Assembly (NCBI GenBank): GCA_045606105.1
Contig: JAZURI010000007.1
Location: 50,875-114,874 of the forward strand
Direction: 5' to 3'
Length of the DNA: 64,000 nucleotides
Source: Spirochaetia bacterium
GTDB lineage: Bacteria > Spirochaetota > Spirochaetia > CADAEX01
This document shows, piece by piece, positions 42,166 through 50,952 of this stretch. The notes under the pieces are model-generated. The model saw only the letters and a program-made list of their open reading frames with translations, was not told where the DNA came from and searched no databases. The first letter of the stretch is position 1; each line of letters begins with the position of its first letter. The translations under genes and the position numbers were made by a program.

Positions 42166-43901
42166 TGATGGATCTGGAGAATAATTCTGCCATTAAAAAA
42201 CTGATTGAATACGGAAAATCAAAGAAAAAGCTTTCTTATGAAGATATAAACGAAATACTTCCTGCCGATATTGTCTCTTCCGAAAAAATCGATGAAATCA
42301 TAATGCTTCTGGAAAAAAACAACATTCTTATCGAGGGTGATAAGGATTTTGAAGAGGAAGACGATGAGGATGAGGACGATGAGGATGAGGACGGAGAATC
42401 AGGGAAAGTCCTGACAGGTGACAAGGACGGTACCATAGATGACCCCATCAGGCTCTATCTCCGTGAAATAGGACGGGAAAGCCTTCTTTCCGCAGATCAG
42501 GAGGTAGACCTTTCCAAAAAGATGGAAGATGGTGAAAACATTCTCAAGAGGGTAATCAGGGAATCGGGAATCATTATTCCTGAATTCTACAAGCTTTCCC
42601 AGAAGACCTTCTCCAAGGTGGATCCCAAGGACCCTGAAATGTCCAAGAAGGAGCTTTCCGATTTCATGGCTGAAAGAAGAAGGCTTAACCAGTTCTACAA
42701 GGATTCACTCAAGGATGTGACCCCGGCTCTCAAATCATATATCGAGCTCAAGAACAAGATTCTGACCATGGGAGGGAATATACTTGAAGATCCGACTCTC
42801 AGGAAAAAGGCAAAGAACATTACAGCCCATCTCAGGGATATTGAGCTTCATACCGAAGAGATAACAAAGTTTTCGGAAAAGTTCATTTCCACAGCGAAGA
42901 AAATAGAAAAGTGCATGGGAGAGCAGAAAAAGCTGGAAAAATGCCTCCACATCAAGGATATCAAGGAGCTCAGGAACCTGGGACGCTGCCTTGCCACTGC
43001 CTCAAAGAGACGCGAGATCGAGGAAAGCCTGGGAATGCCGTCTGAGGAGATCAAGGAAAAGATAAGGATTATCCAGGTAAACGAGAAGAAGCTCCGCACC
43101 ATCGAGGCCGATTTCGAGAACTCCATCGATGACATCATGAAGATGGCAGAAGAGATTGAAAAAGGCATGTCCATGATGAAAAATGCCAAAAATAAGCTTA
43201 TAAAGGCAAACTTGAGACTTGTAGTAAGTATTGCCAAGAAGTATACTAACAGAGGACTTCAGTTCTTCGACCTGGTACAGGAAGGAAATATAGGTCTTAT
43301 CAAGGCTGTTGAGAAATTCGAATACCGCAAGGGATACAAGTTTTCAACCTATGCCACATGGTGGATCAGACAGGCTATTACCAGATCCATTTCAGATCAG
43401 GCCAGAACCATCAGGGTTCCTGTTCACATGATTGAGCAGATAAACAAGGTGGTGCGTGAATCCAGGCAGATGATGCAGCTTCTGGGCAGGGAGCCTACCG
43501 ATGATGAAATTGCGGAAAGGCTGGGCTGGGAAGTAAAGAAGGTAAAGTCTGTCAAGAGCGTGGCCAGAGAGCCTATTTCCCTGGAGACACCGATCGGAGA
43601 GGAGGAGGATTCCCTTCTCGGAGACTTTATCGAGGACAAGGATGCCGAGAACCCGGCAACAAATACTGCATACAAGATGCTGCAGGATAATATGAGCGAG
43701 GTTCTCAAGGAGATTCCGCCGAGAGAGCAGGAGGTTCTTAAAATGAGATTCGGTCTGGAGGACGGATATCCTCTGACATTGGAAGAGGTGGGTCTCTATT
43801 TTAATGTAACCCGTGAAAGAATAAGACAGATTGAAGCCAAGGCCCTCAGAAGGCTCAGACTTCCTCAGAGAAGCTGCCGTCTTAAGGACTATATTGAGTA
43901 A
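42165..43901 (+). CDS. rpoD: Primary sigma factor sigma70
   Basis: [44 protein letters not shown]. Confidence 0.98.
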   Translation: MMDLENNSAIKKLIEYGKSKKKLSYEDINEILPADIVSSEKIDEIIMLLEKNNILIEGDKDFEEEDDEDEDDEDEDGESGKVLTGDKDGTIDDPIRLYLREIGRESLLSADQEVDLSKKMEDGENILKRVIRESGIIIPEFYKLSQKTFSKVDPKDPEMSKKELSDFMAERRRLNQFYKDSLKDVTPALKSYIELKNKILTMGGNILEDPTLRKKAKNITAHLRDIELHTEEITKFSEKFISTAKKIEKCMGEQKKLEKCLHIKDIKELRNLGRCLATASKRREIEESLGMPSEEIKEKIRIIQVNEKKLRTIEADFENSIDDIMKMAEEIEKGMSMMKNAKNKLIKANLRLVVSIAKKYTNRGLQFFDLVQEGNIGLIKAVEKFEYRKGYKFSTYATWWIRQAITRSISDQARTIRVPVHMIEQINKVVRESRQMMQLLGREPTDDEIAERLGWEVKKVKSVKSVAREPISLETPIGEEEDSLLGDFIEDKDAENPATNTAYKMLQDNMSEVLKEIPPREQEVLKMRFGLEDGYPLTLEEVGLYFNVTRERIRQIEAKALRRLRLPQRSCRLKDYIE

Positions 43902-43915
43902 GGAGTATAAGGATT

Positions 43916-44983
43916 ATGATGCAGGATGTTTTTGAAAAATTGCAGGCTTTACAGGAAGTACTTGAATGCAAGTACAATGTTGAAAGAGAGCTTGAAGAAA
44001 TTCCTAAGGCAATAAATACAAAAAAAGAGCTTGTTGCAAGACTCAAGAAGCAGTTTATCGAGAAGAGTGAGCTTCTTGAAAAGAAGCAGCTTAAGGTAAA
44101 AGATCTTAAATCCAGACTCAAGGATGCTGAGGAAAGACGTGGCAAATACGAAAGGGATATGGATATAATCAAGACCCAGAAGGAATATGAGGTTCTTGAC
44201 AAGGCAATCAAGGATACAATTCTCGAAGAGCAGCAGCTCCGCAAGGAACTTCTCAAGGAAGAGAAGGAGACTGAAGAGCAGAATCTTACAGTAGAAAGGG
44301 AACAGAATCTTATCAACAGCCAGGAGGAGGAACTCAGGGCCGAAGAGGAAAAGATTGCTGCCGAAAGCGATACAAAGAAGGCTGAGCTTGAAGAGCTCAA
44401 CAGAAAGAAGGATGAAATCAGCGAAGGTCTTGATGATGAAATTCTTTTCAAGTTTGAAAGAATCATCAAAAGCAAGGAGGGAGGACACGGTATTGTTCCT
44501 GTAAAGGGACTTGTTTGTTCAGCCTGTCACATGATTCTTCCTGCACAGTTCGTAAATGATGTACGCCAGGGCAATTCCATCATGTTCTGCCCATACTGCA
44601 GCAGAATTCTCTTCTATGTTGAATCTGAAAACGAAGAAGAAATGACATTCAGCTATAATGAAGACCTCGGTTTCTTCGAGGATGATGAGGAAAATTCATA
44701 CGAAGACGAAGAGAATCCATACGATGATGAAGACAGCTATTCTGAAGATGGAGAGGATGAGGATACTTCAATCGACACCGAAAACGAAGATGATTACTAC
44801 GACGATGAAACTGCCGAAGAGCAGGATGAAATGCTCGAAGGCGAAGAATTCGGCGATGATTTCGATGAAGAATACGGTGAAGAAGACGAAGAAGACGAAG
44901 ACGGTTTCGATGATGATAGCCTCGATGAAATGGGCGAAGACGAGGATGAAGACGACGAAGAGGACGAGGACGACGAGGAGTAA
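43916..44983 (+). CDS. C4-type zinc-ribbon/coiled-coil protein (DUF164/CdsZ-like) with a long acidic tail
   Basis: Long coiled coil, CSACH...CPYCSRIL, then about 120 D/E-rich residues. Confidence 0.88.
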   Translation: MMQDVFEKLQALQEVLECKYNVERELEEIPKAINTKKELVARLKKQFIEKSELLEKKQLKVKDLKSRLKDAEERRGKYERDMDIIKTQKEYEVLDKAIKDTILEEQQLRKELLKEEKETEEQNLTVEREQNLINSQEEELRAEEEKIAAESDTKKAELEELNRKKDEISEGLDDEILFKFERIIKSKEGGHGIVPVKGLVCSACHMILPAQFVNDVRQGNSIMFCPYCSRILFYVESENEEEMTFSYNEDLGFFEDDEENSYEDEENPYDDEDSYSEDGEDEDTSIDTENEDDYYDDETAEEQDEMLEGEEFGDDFDEEYGEEDEEDEDGFDDDSLDEMGEDEDEDDEEDEDDEE

Positions 44984-44987
44984 ATCT

Positions 44988-45341
44988 GAGCAGGTCCTGT
45001 TATCGCCGGCATGAGAATGCGGGAGGAAAGTCCGGGCTCCGCAGAGCATGATGCCAGTTAACGGCTGGATGTATCTCCGGTATCTGCCGGAGGTGCAATA
45101 GAGAGTGCCACAGAAAATATACTGCCCCGGTGCTTCGGTTCCGGGGTGAGGGTGAAAAGGCGAGGTAAGAGCTCACCGGGCAGATGGCAACATCTGCCGC
45201 ATGGTAAACCTCATCAGGAGCAAGGCCAAACAGCGGAGAACTGCTCGTTCATATCCGCGGGTAGGCTGCTTTAGTAAACCGGCAACGGTTTTCATAGATA
45301 GATGATAGCATAGAACAGAACCCGGCTTACGGACCTGCTTT
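44988..45341 (+). ncRNA. rnpB: RNase P RNA (type A)
   Basis: GAGGAAAGTCCGGGCTCC, AGTGCCACAGAAA, GGTAAAC, GAGCAAG and AACAGAACCCGGCTTA conserved blocks; terminal P1 AGCAGGTCC/GGACCTGCT. Confidence 0.97.
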
Positions 45342-45346
45342 TTTAT

Positions 45347-46261
45347 ATGAAGAAATTTAAGATAAACCTATCCAGGAAGATTATTGCAGTTTCGGCATTT
45401 GTTGTATTAGCGGCCGTTTTATGCATACTTGTTTTCAGGTTCACAAGCGGCTCCATATCCTTTGCCGATGACAATGAAAACACATCTTTTTCCGCACTGT
45501 GGGAAAGCCGGCAGTACACAAGGCTTATTGAAGCCGGTAATAATGAACTGAAAAAAAATCCCATGAACAAGCATGCCCTTGTCTTTACCGGTTTTGCAAA
45601 CTTTTATCACGGTATTTCCATTCTCATTCCCGAAGAGCGTACCGAATATATGGAAGAGGCGGTAAAGCTTCTCAGAAAGGCTCTTCTTACCGACGGTGAG
45701 GTCAATTCCTCCGTAAAGTATATCCTGGGAAAAGCCTATTATCATAAGGGGCGTCATTACAGCAACCTTTCAGTAAAATATCTTACCGAAGCATTGGATG
45801 AAAACTATCCAGCAAGGGATATCCATGAATATCTGGGACTGGCTTATTCCGCCATGGGAAACAGGGCCGGTACCATAGAAAACTTTGAAAAGGCGGCGGA
45901 GCTGAATCCCGGTTCACCGCTTCTGCTTCTCTCTCTGGCAAATGCCTACATTGAAAACAATGAAAACGAGAAGGCAGCCCTGGTTCTCGGTAACATGGGA
46001 GGTACCGGGGATAACGAGGTTATAAACGAAAAGAGATACCTGCTGGAGGGGCGTGTCCGCATCTCCATAGGAAATCTGAAGGAGGCTGAAGCTTCCCTGA
46101 AGAAGGCTCTGGAAATAAATCCTGACATGGTTGATGCCTATTTCTATCTCGGTCTGGTCTATGAGGCTGAAGGGGATAAATGGAAGGCCAGGAAACAATG
46201 GGAAAAGGGTTACAGAACCGATCCCGACTATGCTCCCATCAAGGACAAGCTGTTCAGATAG
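45347..46261 (+). CDS. Membrane-anchored TPR protein
   Basis: N-terminal TM, repeated YLG..Y / A..L.P TPR signatures. Confidence 0.85.
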   Translation: MKKFKINLSRKIIAVSAFVVLAAVLCILVFRFTSGSISFADDNENTSFSALWESRQYTRLIEAGNNELKKNPMNKHALVFTGFANFYHGISILIPEERTEYMEEAVKLLRKALLTDGEVNSSVKYILGKAYYHKGRHYSNLSVKYLTEALDENYPARDIHEYLGLAYSAMGNRAGTIENFEKAAELNPGSPLLLLSLANAYIENNENEKAALVLGNMGGTGDNEVINEKRYLLEGRVRISIGNLKEAEASLKKALEINPDMVDAYFYLGLVYEAEGDKWKARKQWEKGYRTDPDYAPIKDKLFR

Positions 46262-46270
46262 CGGCGGTTT

Positions 46271-46969
46271 TCAGTCTGTATTCCTGAGCTTCAGTGGGAT
46301 GCCTGCATCCCTGACAATTTCTGCCATGGCTTCCAGCCTTGACAGCGGATAAGGGTGTTCTGCAAAGCCTTTGTCCAATGTATTTCCAGGAACATATCCT
46401 GCCAGTACATAAAGTTCGGTTCCTTTTACAAGAGTACAGATCTTTCTTATGTCATCCTCATCCACGATACCCGGAACCACGGTGGTCCTGAACTCATGGC
46501 TTATTCCCGAAGCCTTTATGATATCCACGGAGCTGATTATCTTCTCCTGCAGTATTTTTCCTGCACCCTCTTCTCCCGGCAGCAGCAGACCGTACTTTTC
46601 AGGAGAGGTCTTAATATCCATGGCAATATAGTCAGGCTTTATTTCAAGTATTTTTTCGGGAAATGTACCGTTTGTATCCAGCTTGATCAGATATCCCATT
46701 TTCCGTATTTCGGAAACCAGGTCTCCCAGATCGTTGTGAACCAGGGGCTCTCCTCCGGATATACAGACTCCTTCGATGACATTCTTTCTTTTTTCAAGGT
46801 ATGAAAGTACGGAATCAATATTCTCCAGATCATCGGCCCGGTTCAGGACCAGCTCCGGATTATGGCAGTAAGGACAGCGCAGATTACAACCGGGGAGAAA
46901 AATCACGGATGCGACTCTCCCCGGATAATTGATAAGTGTGGTTTTTATAAAACCGGCTCTGGTAATCAC
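46271..46969 (-). CDS. nrdG: Anaerobic RNR activating enzyme (radical SAM)
   Basis: GCNLRCPYCHN, SGGEP, EFRTT; last gene of the nrd operon. Confidence 0.93.
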   Translation of the reverse strand: MITRAGFIKTTLINYPGRVASVIFLPGCNLRCPYCHNPELVLNRADDLENIDSVLSYLEKRKNVIEGVCISGGEPLVHNDLGDLVSEIRKMGYLIKLDTNGTFPEKILEIKPDYIAMDIKTSPEKYGLLLPGEEGAGKILQEKIISSVDIIKASGISHEFRTTVVPGIVDEDDIRKICTLVKGTELYVLAGYVPGNTLDKGFAEHPYPLSRLEAMAEIVRDAGIPLKLRNTD

Positions 46970-46970
46970 T

Positions 46971-47450
46971 TTACACTACAGCAGCTTCGGCGATACCGAG
47001 CTTTTCCTTGATGTCCCTGATGTTATAGGCTCTTGAAAGCTCCTTGCCGTCAGCATTGTAGAAGATGACTGTAGGAACAGCAAAGATGTTGCTGCCTCTT
47101 GCCTTGTCGAGACCTTCCTTGTCGTCTACGGAACAGAAGATTCCGTCCAGGCCTGTTGATGCAATGAAATCCTTTACTGCAGGACAGTTTGGACAGGTTT
47201 TCTTTGTAAAGCATACAAATGAAGCAGGGGCGTTTTCATCGGCCGGAGCTGCGGCTTCCTTGTTTTCAGGATCAAAGCATACTCTCTGCTTGAATTCTGA
47301 TTTTTTACCCTTGTTCCAGTTCTTTACAGATCTGTAGTAGCCTACGATTCTTGTATAAACCTCGGTTTCCTTTCCTTTTACATTGCGGAGTTCCTCTCTG
47401 CATTCAGCCAGTTCCTTGTTGATTACATCTATATTTCTTTCCTGTGTCAT
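46971..47450 (-). CDS. Stand-alone NrdD glycyl-radical domain fused to a glutaredoxin/thioredoxin-like domain
   Basis: EVYTRIVGYYR...WNKGKKSEF (NrdD C-terminal radical loop) followed by TCPNCP and AVPTV; own AAGGAG SD. Confidence 0.88.
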   Translation of the reverse strand: MTQERNIDVINKELAECREELRNVKGKETEVYTRIVGYYRSVKNWNKGKKSEFKQRVCFDPENKEAAAPADENAPASFVCFTKKTCPNCPAVKDFIASTGLDGIFCSVDDKEGLDKARGSNIFAVPTVIFYNADGKELSRAYNIRDIKEKLGIAEAAVV

Positions 47451-47462
47451 AATATTCTCCTT

Positions 47463-49580
47463 TCAAATAAGTGTTACTTCCGAAAGCTCTGCTTTCTCTT
47501 TTTCCAGTGCTGCAATCTTTTCACGCAGCAGCTCTTCCTGCTCCCTTCTGCACTTCTCGCAGGTGAAATGCTCTCCCTTCAGGTAGCCGTGGATAGGACA
47601 TACCGAGAAGGTAGGTGAGATTGTGAAGTACGGAAGCCTGTAGTTATAGGCAATGGACTTGACCAGATTCCTGCAGGCCTGCCAGTCGTCGATGGCCTCA
47701 CCGATGAAGCCGTGGAATACTGTTCCGCCTGTGTAGAGGGTCTGGAGATCATCCTGGTGATCCAGTGCCTCAAAAATATCGGTTGTATAGTTTACCGGAA
47801 GCTGTGTGGAGTTTGTGTAGTAAGGATCTGCCTCTCCCGAAGCTATGATTTCAGGATATGCTTCCTTGTCATGCTTTGCCAGTCTGTAGCTTGTGCTTTC
47901 GGCTGGTGTTGCTTCAAGGTTGAAGAGATCTCCTGTTTCCTCCTGGAATTCAGAAAGCTTGTTTCTCATGAAATTGAGGATTTCCACCGCAAAGTCCTTT
48001 CCTTCCTGTGTGGAGATATCCTTGCCCAGGAAATTGAGGAGACATTCGTTCATACCGCAGATACCGATGGTAGAAAAGTGGTTGTTGAGGTGCTGCAGGT
48101 ATCTTTTTGTGTATGGGAAAAGTCCTGTGGTCATGAGACGGTTGATAACCTTTCTCTTGATTACCAGAGATCTGGCTGCCAGCTTCATGAGGTTTTCCAG
48201 TTTCTTGAAAAATTCTTCCTTTGAACCGGAAAGATATCCGATCTTAGGGAGATTGATGGTTACTACACCGATGGAACCGGTAAATTCGTCTGAGCCGAAA
48301 AGTCCTCCGCCCCTTTTTCTGAGCTCTCTCTTGTCCAGCTGGAGTCTGCAGCACATGGAGCGTACATCTCCCGGATTGAGATTGCTGTTGATGAAGTTCT
48401 GGAAGTATGGAGTTCCGTACTTTGCTGTCATTTCGAAAAGAAGTCTTGCATTAGGGGAGTCCCAGTCAAAGCTTCTGGTGATGTTGTATGTAGGGATAGG
48501 ATACTGGAAGCCTCTTCCGTTTGCATCTCCGTCCAGCATGAGCTCGATGAAGCACTTGTTGATGATATCCATTTCCCTCTGACAGTCGCCGTAGGTGAAG
48601 TCCATTTCCTTTCCGCCTACAACTGCAGGCTTGTCCTTGAGGTCGTCAGGTACAACCCAGTCCAGGGTAATGTTTGTGAACGGTGCCTGTGAACCCCATC
48701 TGGATGGAGTGTTTACACCGAAAACAAAGCTCTGGAGCCCCTGCTTTACCTCTTTTTCTCCCAGGTTATCCACCTTTACGAAAGGAGCGATATATGTGTC
48801 AAAGCTTGAAAGAGCCTGTGCACCTGCCCATTCGTTCTGCATGATTCCCAGGAAGTTGACAATCTGCTGGATCAGTGTAAGGAGGTGTTTTGCCGGCTTT
48901 GATGTGATTTTGTCCGGAACTCCTCCCAGACCCTCTGCAATGAGCTGTCTCAGTGACCAGCCGGCACAGTAGCCGGAGAACATTGAAAGGTCGTGGATAT
49001 GGAAATCTGCGTTCTTGTGGGCATTGGCGATTTCCTCCGGATAGATATTCTTAAGCCAGTAGTTTGCGGTAATGGTTCCGGAATTGTGGAGAATGAGACC
49101 ACCCAGTGAGAAGTTCACGTTTGCATTCTCATTTACTCTCCAGTCCGACTGGGACAGATAGCCGTCCATGGTGTTGTTGATGTCCAGGATAAGCTTCTTG
49201 CTGTCTCTCATGGCCTCGTGCTGGGCTCTGTAAAGGATATATGCCTTTGCAATCTTTGGAACCGATTCCATCATCACCACTTCGATGATATCCTGGATTT
49301 CCTCGATAGCCGGGGCTGAATTCGGGTGTCTTCCCTGCATGAACTCCCTGAGCTTATCCTCTGTCTTTTCTGTAAGCTTTTCTGTCAGGTCCTTGTCTTC
49401 CATTCCCTGAACCGCACTTACTGCCCTGCTTATGGCACTTGCAATCTTCCATCTGTCATATTTTTCAATGGAGCCGTCTCTCTTGACAATACGCTTTACA
49501 ACAAATGAGCTTGCTGTGTTGTCTTCTTCTGATTCAAGATGGAGAAACTCCTTCCAGTCGTTTGTATTTCCCAAAGCCAT
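47463..49580 (-). CDS. nrdD: Class III anaerobic ribonucleoside-triphosphate reductase, large part (lacks the glycyl-radical loop)
   Basis: ATP cone (IVKRDG), FHIHDL, YCAGW, SMCCRL, EATPAES, GGTVFH, CPIH...CEKC; start at ATG after GGAGGAGG. Confidence 0.95.
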   Translation of the reverse strand: MALGNTNDWKEFLHLESEEDNTASSFVVKRIVKRDGSIEKYDRWKIASAISRAVSAVQGMEDKDLTEKLTEKTEDKLREFMQGRHPNSAPAIEEIQDIIEVVMMESVPKIAKAYILYRAQHEAMRDSKKLILDINNTMDGYLSQSDWRVNENANVNFSLGGLILHNSGTITANYWLKNIYPEEIANAHKNADFHIHDLSMFSGYCAGWSLRQLIAEGLGGVPDKITSKPAKHLLTLIQQIVNFLGIMQNEWAGAQALSSFDTYIAPFVKVDNLGEKEVKQGLQSFVFGVNTPSRWGSQAPFTNITLDWVVPDDLKDKPAVVGGKEMDFTYGDCQREMDIINKCFIELMLDGDANGRGFQYPIPTYNITRSFDWDSPNARLLFEMTAKYGTPYFQNFINSNLNPGDVRSMCCRLQLDKRELRKRGGGLFGSDEFTGSIGVVTINLPKIGYLSGSKEEFFKKLENLMKLAARSLVIKRKVINRLMTTGLFPYTKRYLQHLNNHFSTIGICGMNECLLNFLGKDISTQEGKDFAVEILNFMRNKLSEFQEETGDLFNLEATPAESTSYRLAKHDKEAYPEIIASGEADPYYTNSTQLPVNYTTDIFEALDHQDDLQTLYTGGTVFHGFIGEAIDDWQACRNLVKSIAYNYRLPYFTISPTFSVCPIHGYLKGEHFTCEKCRREQEELLREKIAALEKEKAELSEVTLI

Positions 49581-49593
49581 ACCTCCTCCCAAA

Positions 49594-50058
49594 TTACCAG
49601 GCTTTTTCGCTTAGCTTTTCAATTTCGCTGACAAATTCGTCAACGTTGTCAAAATGTCTGTAAACTGACGCAAATCTGATATAAGCCACCTTATCCAGCT
49701 TGAAAATGCTCCGGAGCACCAGTTCTCCCAGCTCTTCGGTGGATATGTCGTTGGTCAGCTGACATCTGAGATAAACCTCACTCTCGATCTCTCTCAGGAT
49801 CTCTCTCAGCCTCTCCTCCGGCACGGCCCGCTTCTCCAGGGATTTGCGTATTCCTCTCTCTATTTTTCCCATATCAAAGAGCTCCCTGCTTTTATCACGC
49901 TTTATTACAGTAAGAGGCGTTTCCTTGATATGCTCGTAGGAGGTGAAGCGATAATGACATGCAAGACATTCCCGTCTTCTTCTTATGGAAGATCCGTCTA
50001 CATTCTGCTTGCTTTCAATAACCTTATCGTCAATGCTGCCGCAGGCCGGACATTTCAT
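49594..50058 (-). CDS. nrdR: Transcriptional repressor NrdR
   Basis: MKCPAC, IRRRRECLAC..RFTSYE, VAYIRFASVY. Confidence 0.97.
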   Translation of the reverse strand: MKCPACGSIDDKVIESKQNVDGSSIRRRRECLACHYRFTSYEHIKETPLTVIKRDKSRELFDMGKIERGIRKSLEKRAVPEERLREILREIESEVYLRCQLTNDISTEELGELVLRSIFKLDKVAYIRFASVYRHFDNVDEFVSEIEKLSEKAW

Positions 50059-50092
50059 AATGTTCCTCCATTATTACATTCGTCAGATATAT

Positions 50093-50108
50093 ACCACATA
50101 TTTAGGGG
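50093..50108. promoter_or_regulatory. Possible NrdR box
   Basis: ACCACATATTTAGGGG, a partial match to acaCwAtATaTwGtgt upstream of nrdR-nrdD. Confidence 0.35.
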
Positions 50109-50241
50109 TATTTTCATTTTTTTTAAAGTTAACACATTATATGAAGGACTGCAACATTAAATTGTAATAAAATGAAAAATAGTTTATATTTATTTAGGGC
50201 ATAAGAATATATACTGCCCCGTACAAGGAAAGAAAGGGAAA

Positions 50242-50880
50242 ATGCTTCTTATTTTAAGTGCTTTAGACAAGGAAATATCCAGGATTACTGCCTCCCTGTG
50301 CCGCAGGAAGGGTATAGATATGGGGGGGAGAACCTTTGTCAGGGGCTTCCTGGAGGGGCAGGAGCTGGTAATGGGAAGTACCGGTATGGGTCCCGATGCG
50401 GAAAAGGTATGCCTGGAGGCGCTGAAAACCTTCAGACCTGATTATTTTATATTTCTTGGGACGGCAGGGGCCCTTGCTCCCGGTCTGGTGCAGGGAGATT
50501 TCGTGGCAGCCGGAAAAACAGTCTGCCGGGGCGGCGACGGACTGCCTGCCCTTGAGCCGGACAGGAGGCTTCTGGATGCAGCCCTTTCCTACGACGGGGA
50601 GGAAAGATGCCTGGAAGGGACTGTGGTTACAAGTACTGAGGTAATAGACAATCCGGCAGTCAGGGCAGAGCTTTATGAAAGATACGGAGCCCATTGCGTG
50701 GATATGGAGGGATATTATGCCGCCTCTGCAGCAGAGAAGTGGGGAGTTCCTTTCCTTTTGGTACGTGTGATTTCAGACAGTGCCGATTCTTCCGTGTCGG
50801 CCGATTTCCTGAAATTCATAAAAAAGGCATCGTTATATACGGGAAAAATACTTGTTCATATATTGAACAAACTGTTTTGA
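50242..50880 (+). CDS. MTA/SAH nucleosidase-like protein (PNP_UDP_1 family)
   Basis: TGMG, GTAGAL, VDMEG, RVISD. Confidence 0.85.
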   Translation: MLLILSALDKEISRITASLCRRKGIDMGGRTFVRGFLEGQELVMGSTGMGPDAEKVCLEALKTFRPDYFIFLGTAGALAPGLVQGDFVAAGKTVCRGGDGLPALEPDRRLLDAALSYDGEERCLEGTVVTSTEVIDNPAVRAELYERYGAHCVDMEGYYAASAAEKWGVPFLLVRVISDSADSSVSADFLKFIKKASLYTGKILVHILNKLF

Positions 50881-50952
50881 TAATTAGCCTTTTCACTTTC
50901 TCTTTTTAGTATTATAATATAGTTAATTTAATTACTCTAAAAGAGGTGAGAC

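Noticed and set aside
44797-45012. Poly-serine ORFs on the minus strand (also 42236-42448)
   Set aside because: Antisense shadows of GAY/GAR acidic codons in real genes
47463-47465. Selenocysteine at the in-frame TGA of nrdD
   Set aside because: Not at a conserved cysteine position and no evident SECIS hairpin downstream
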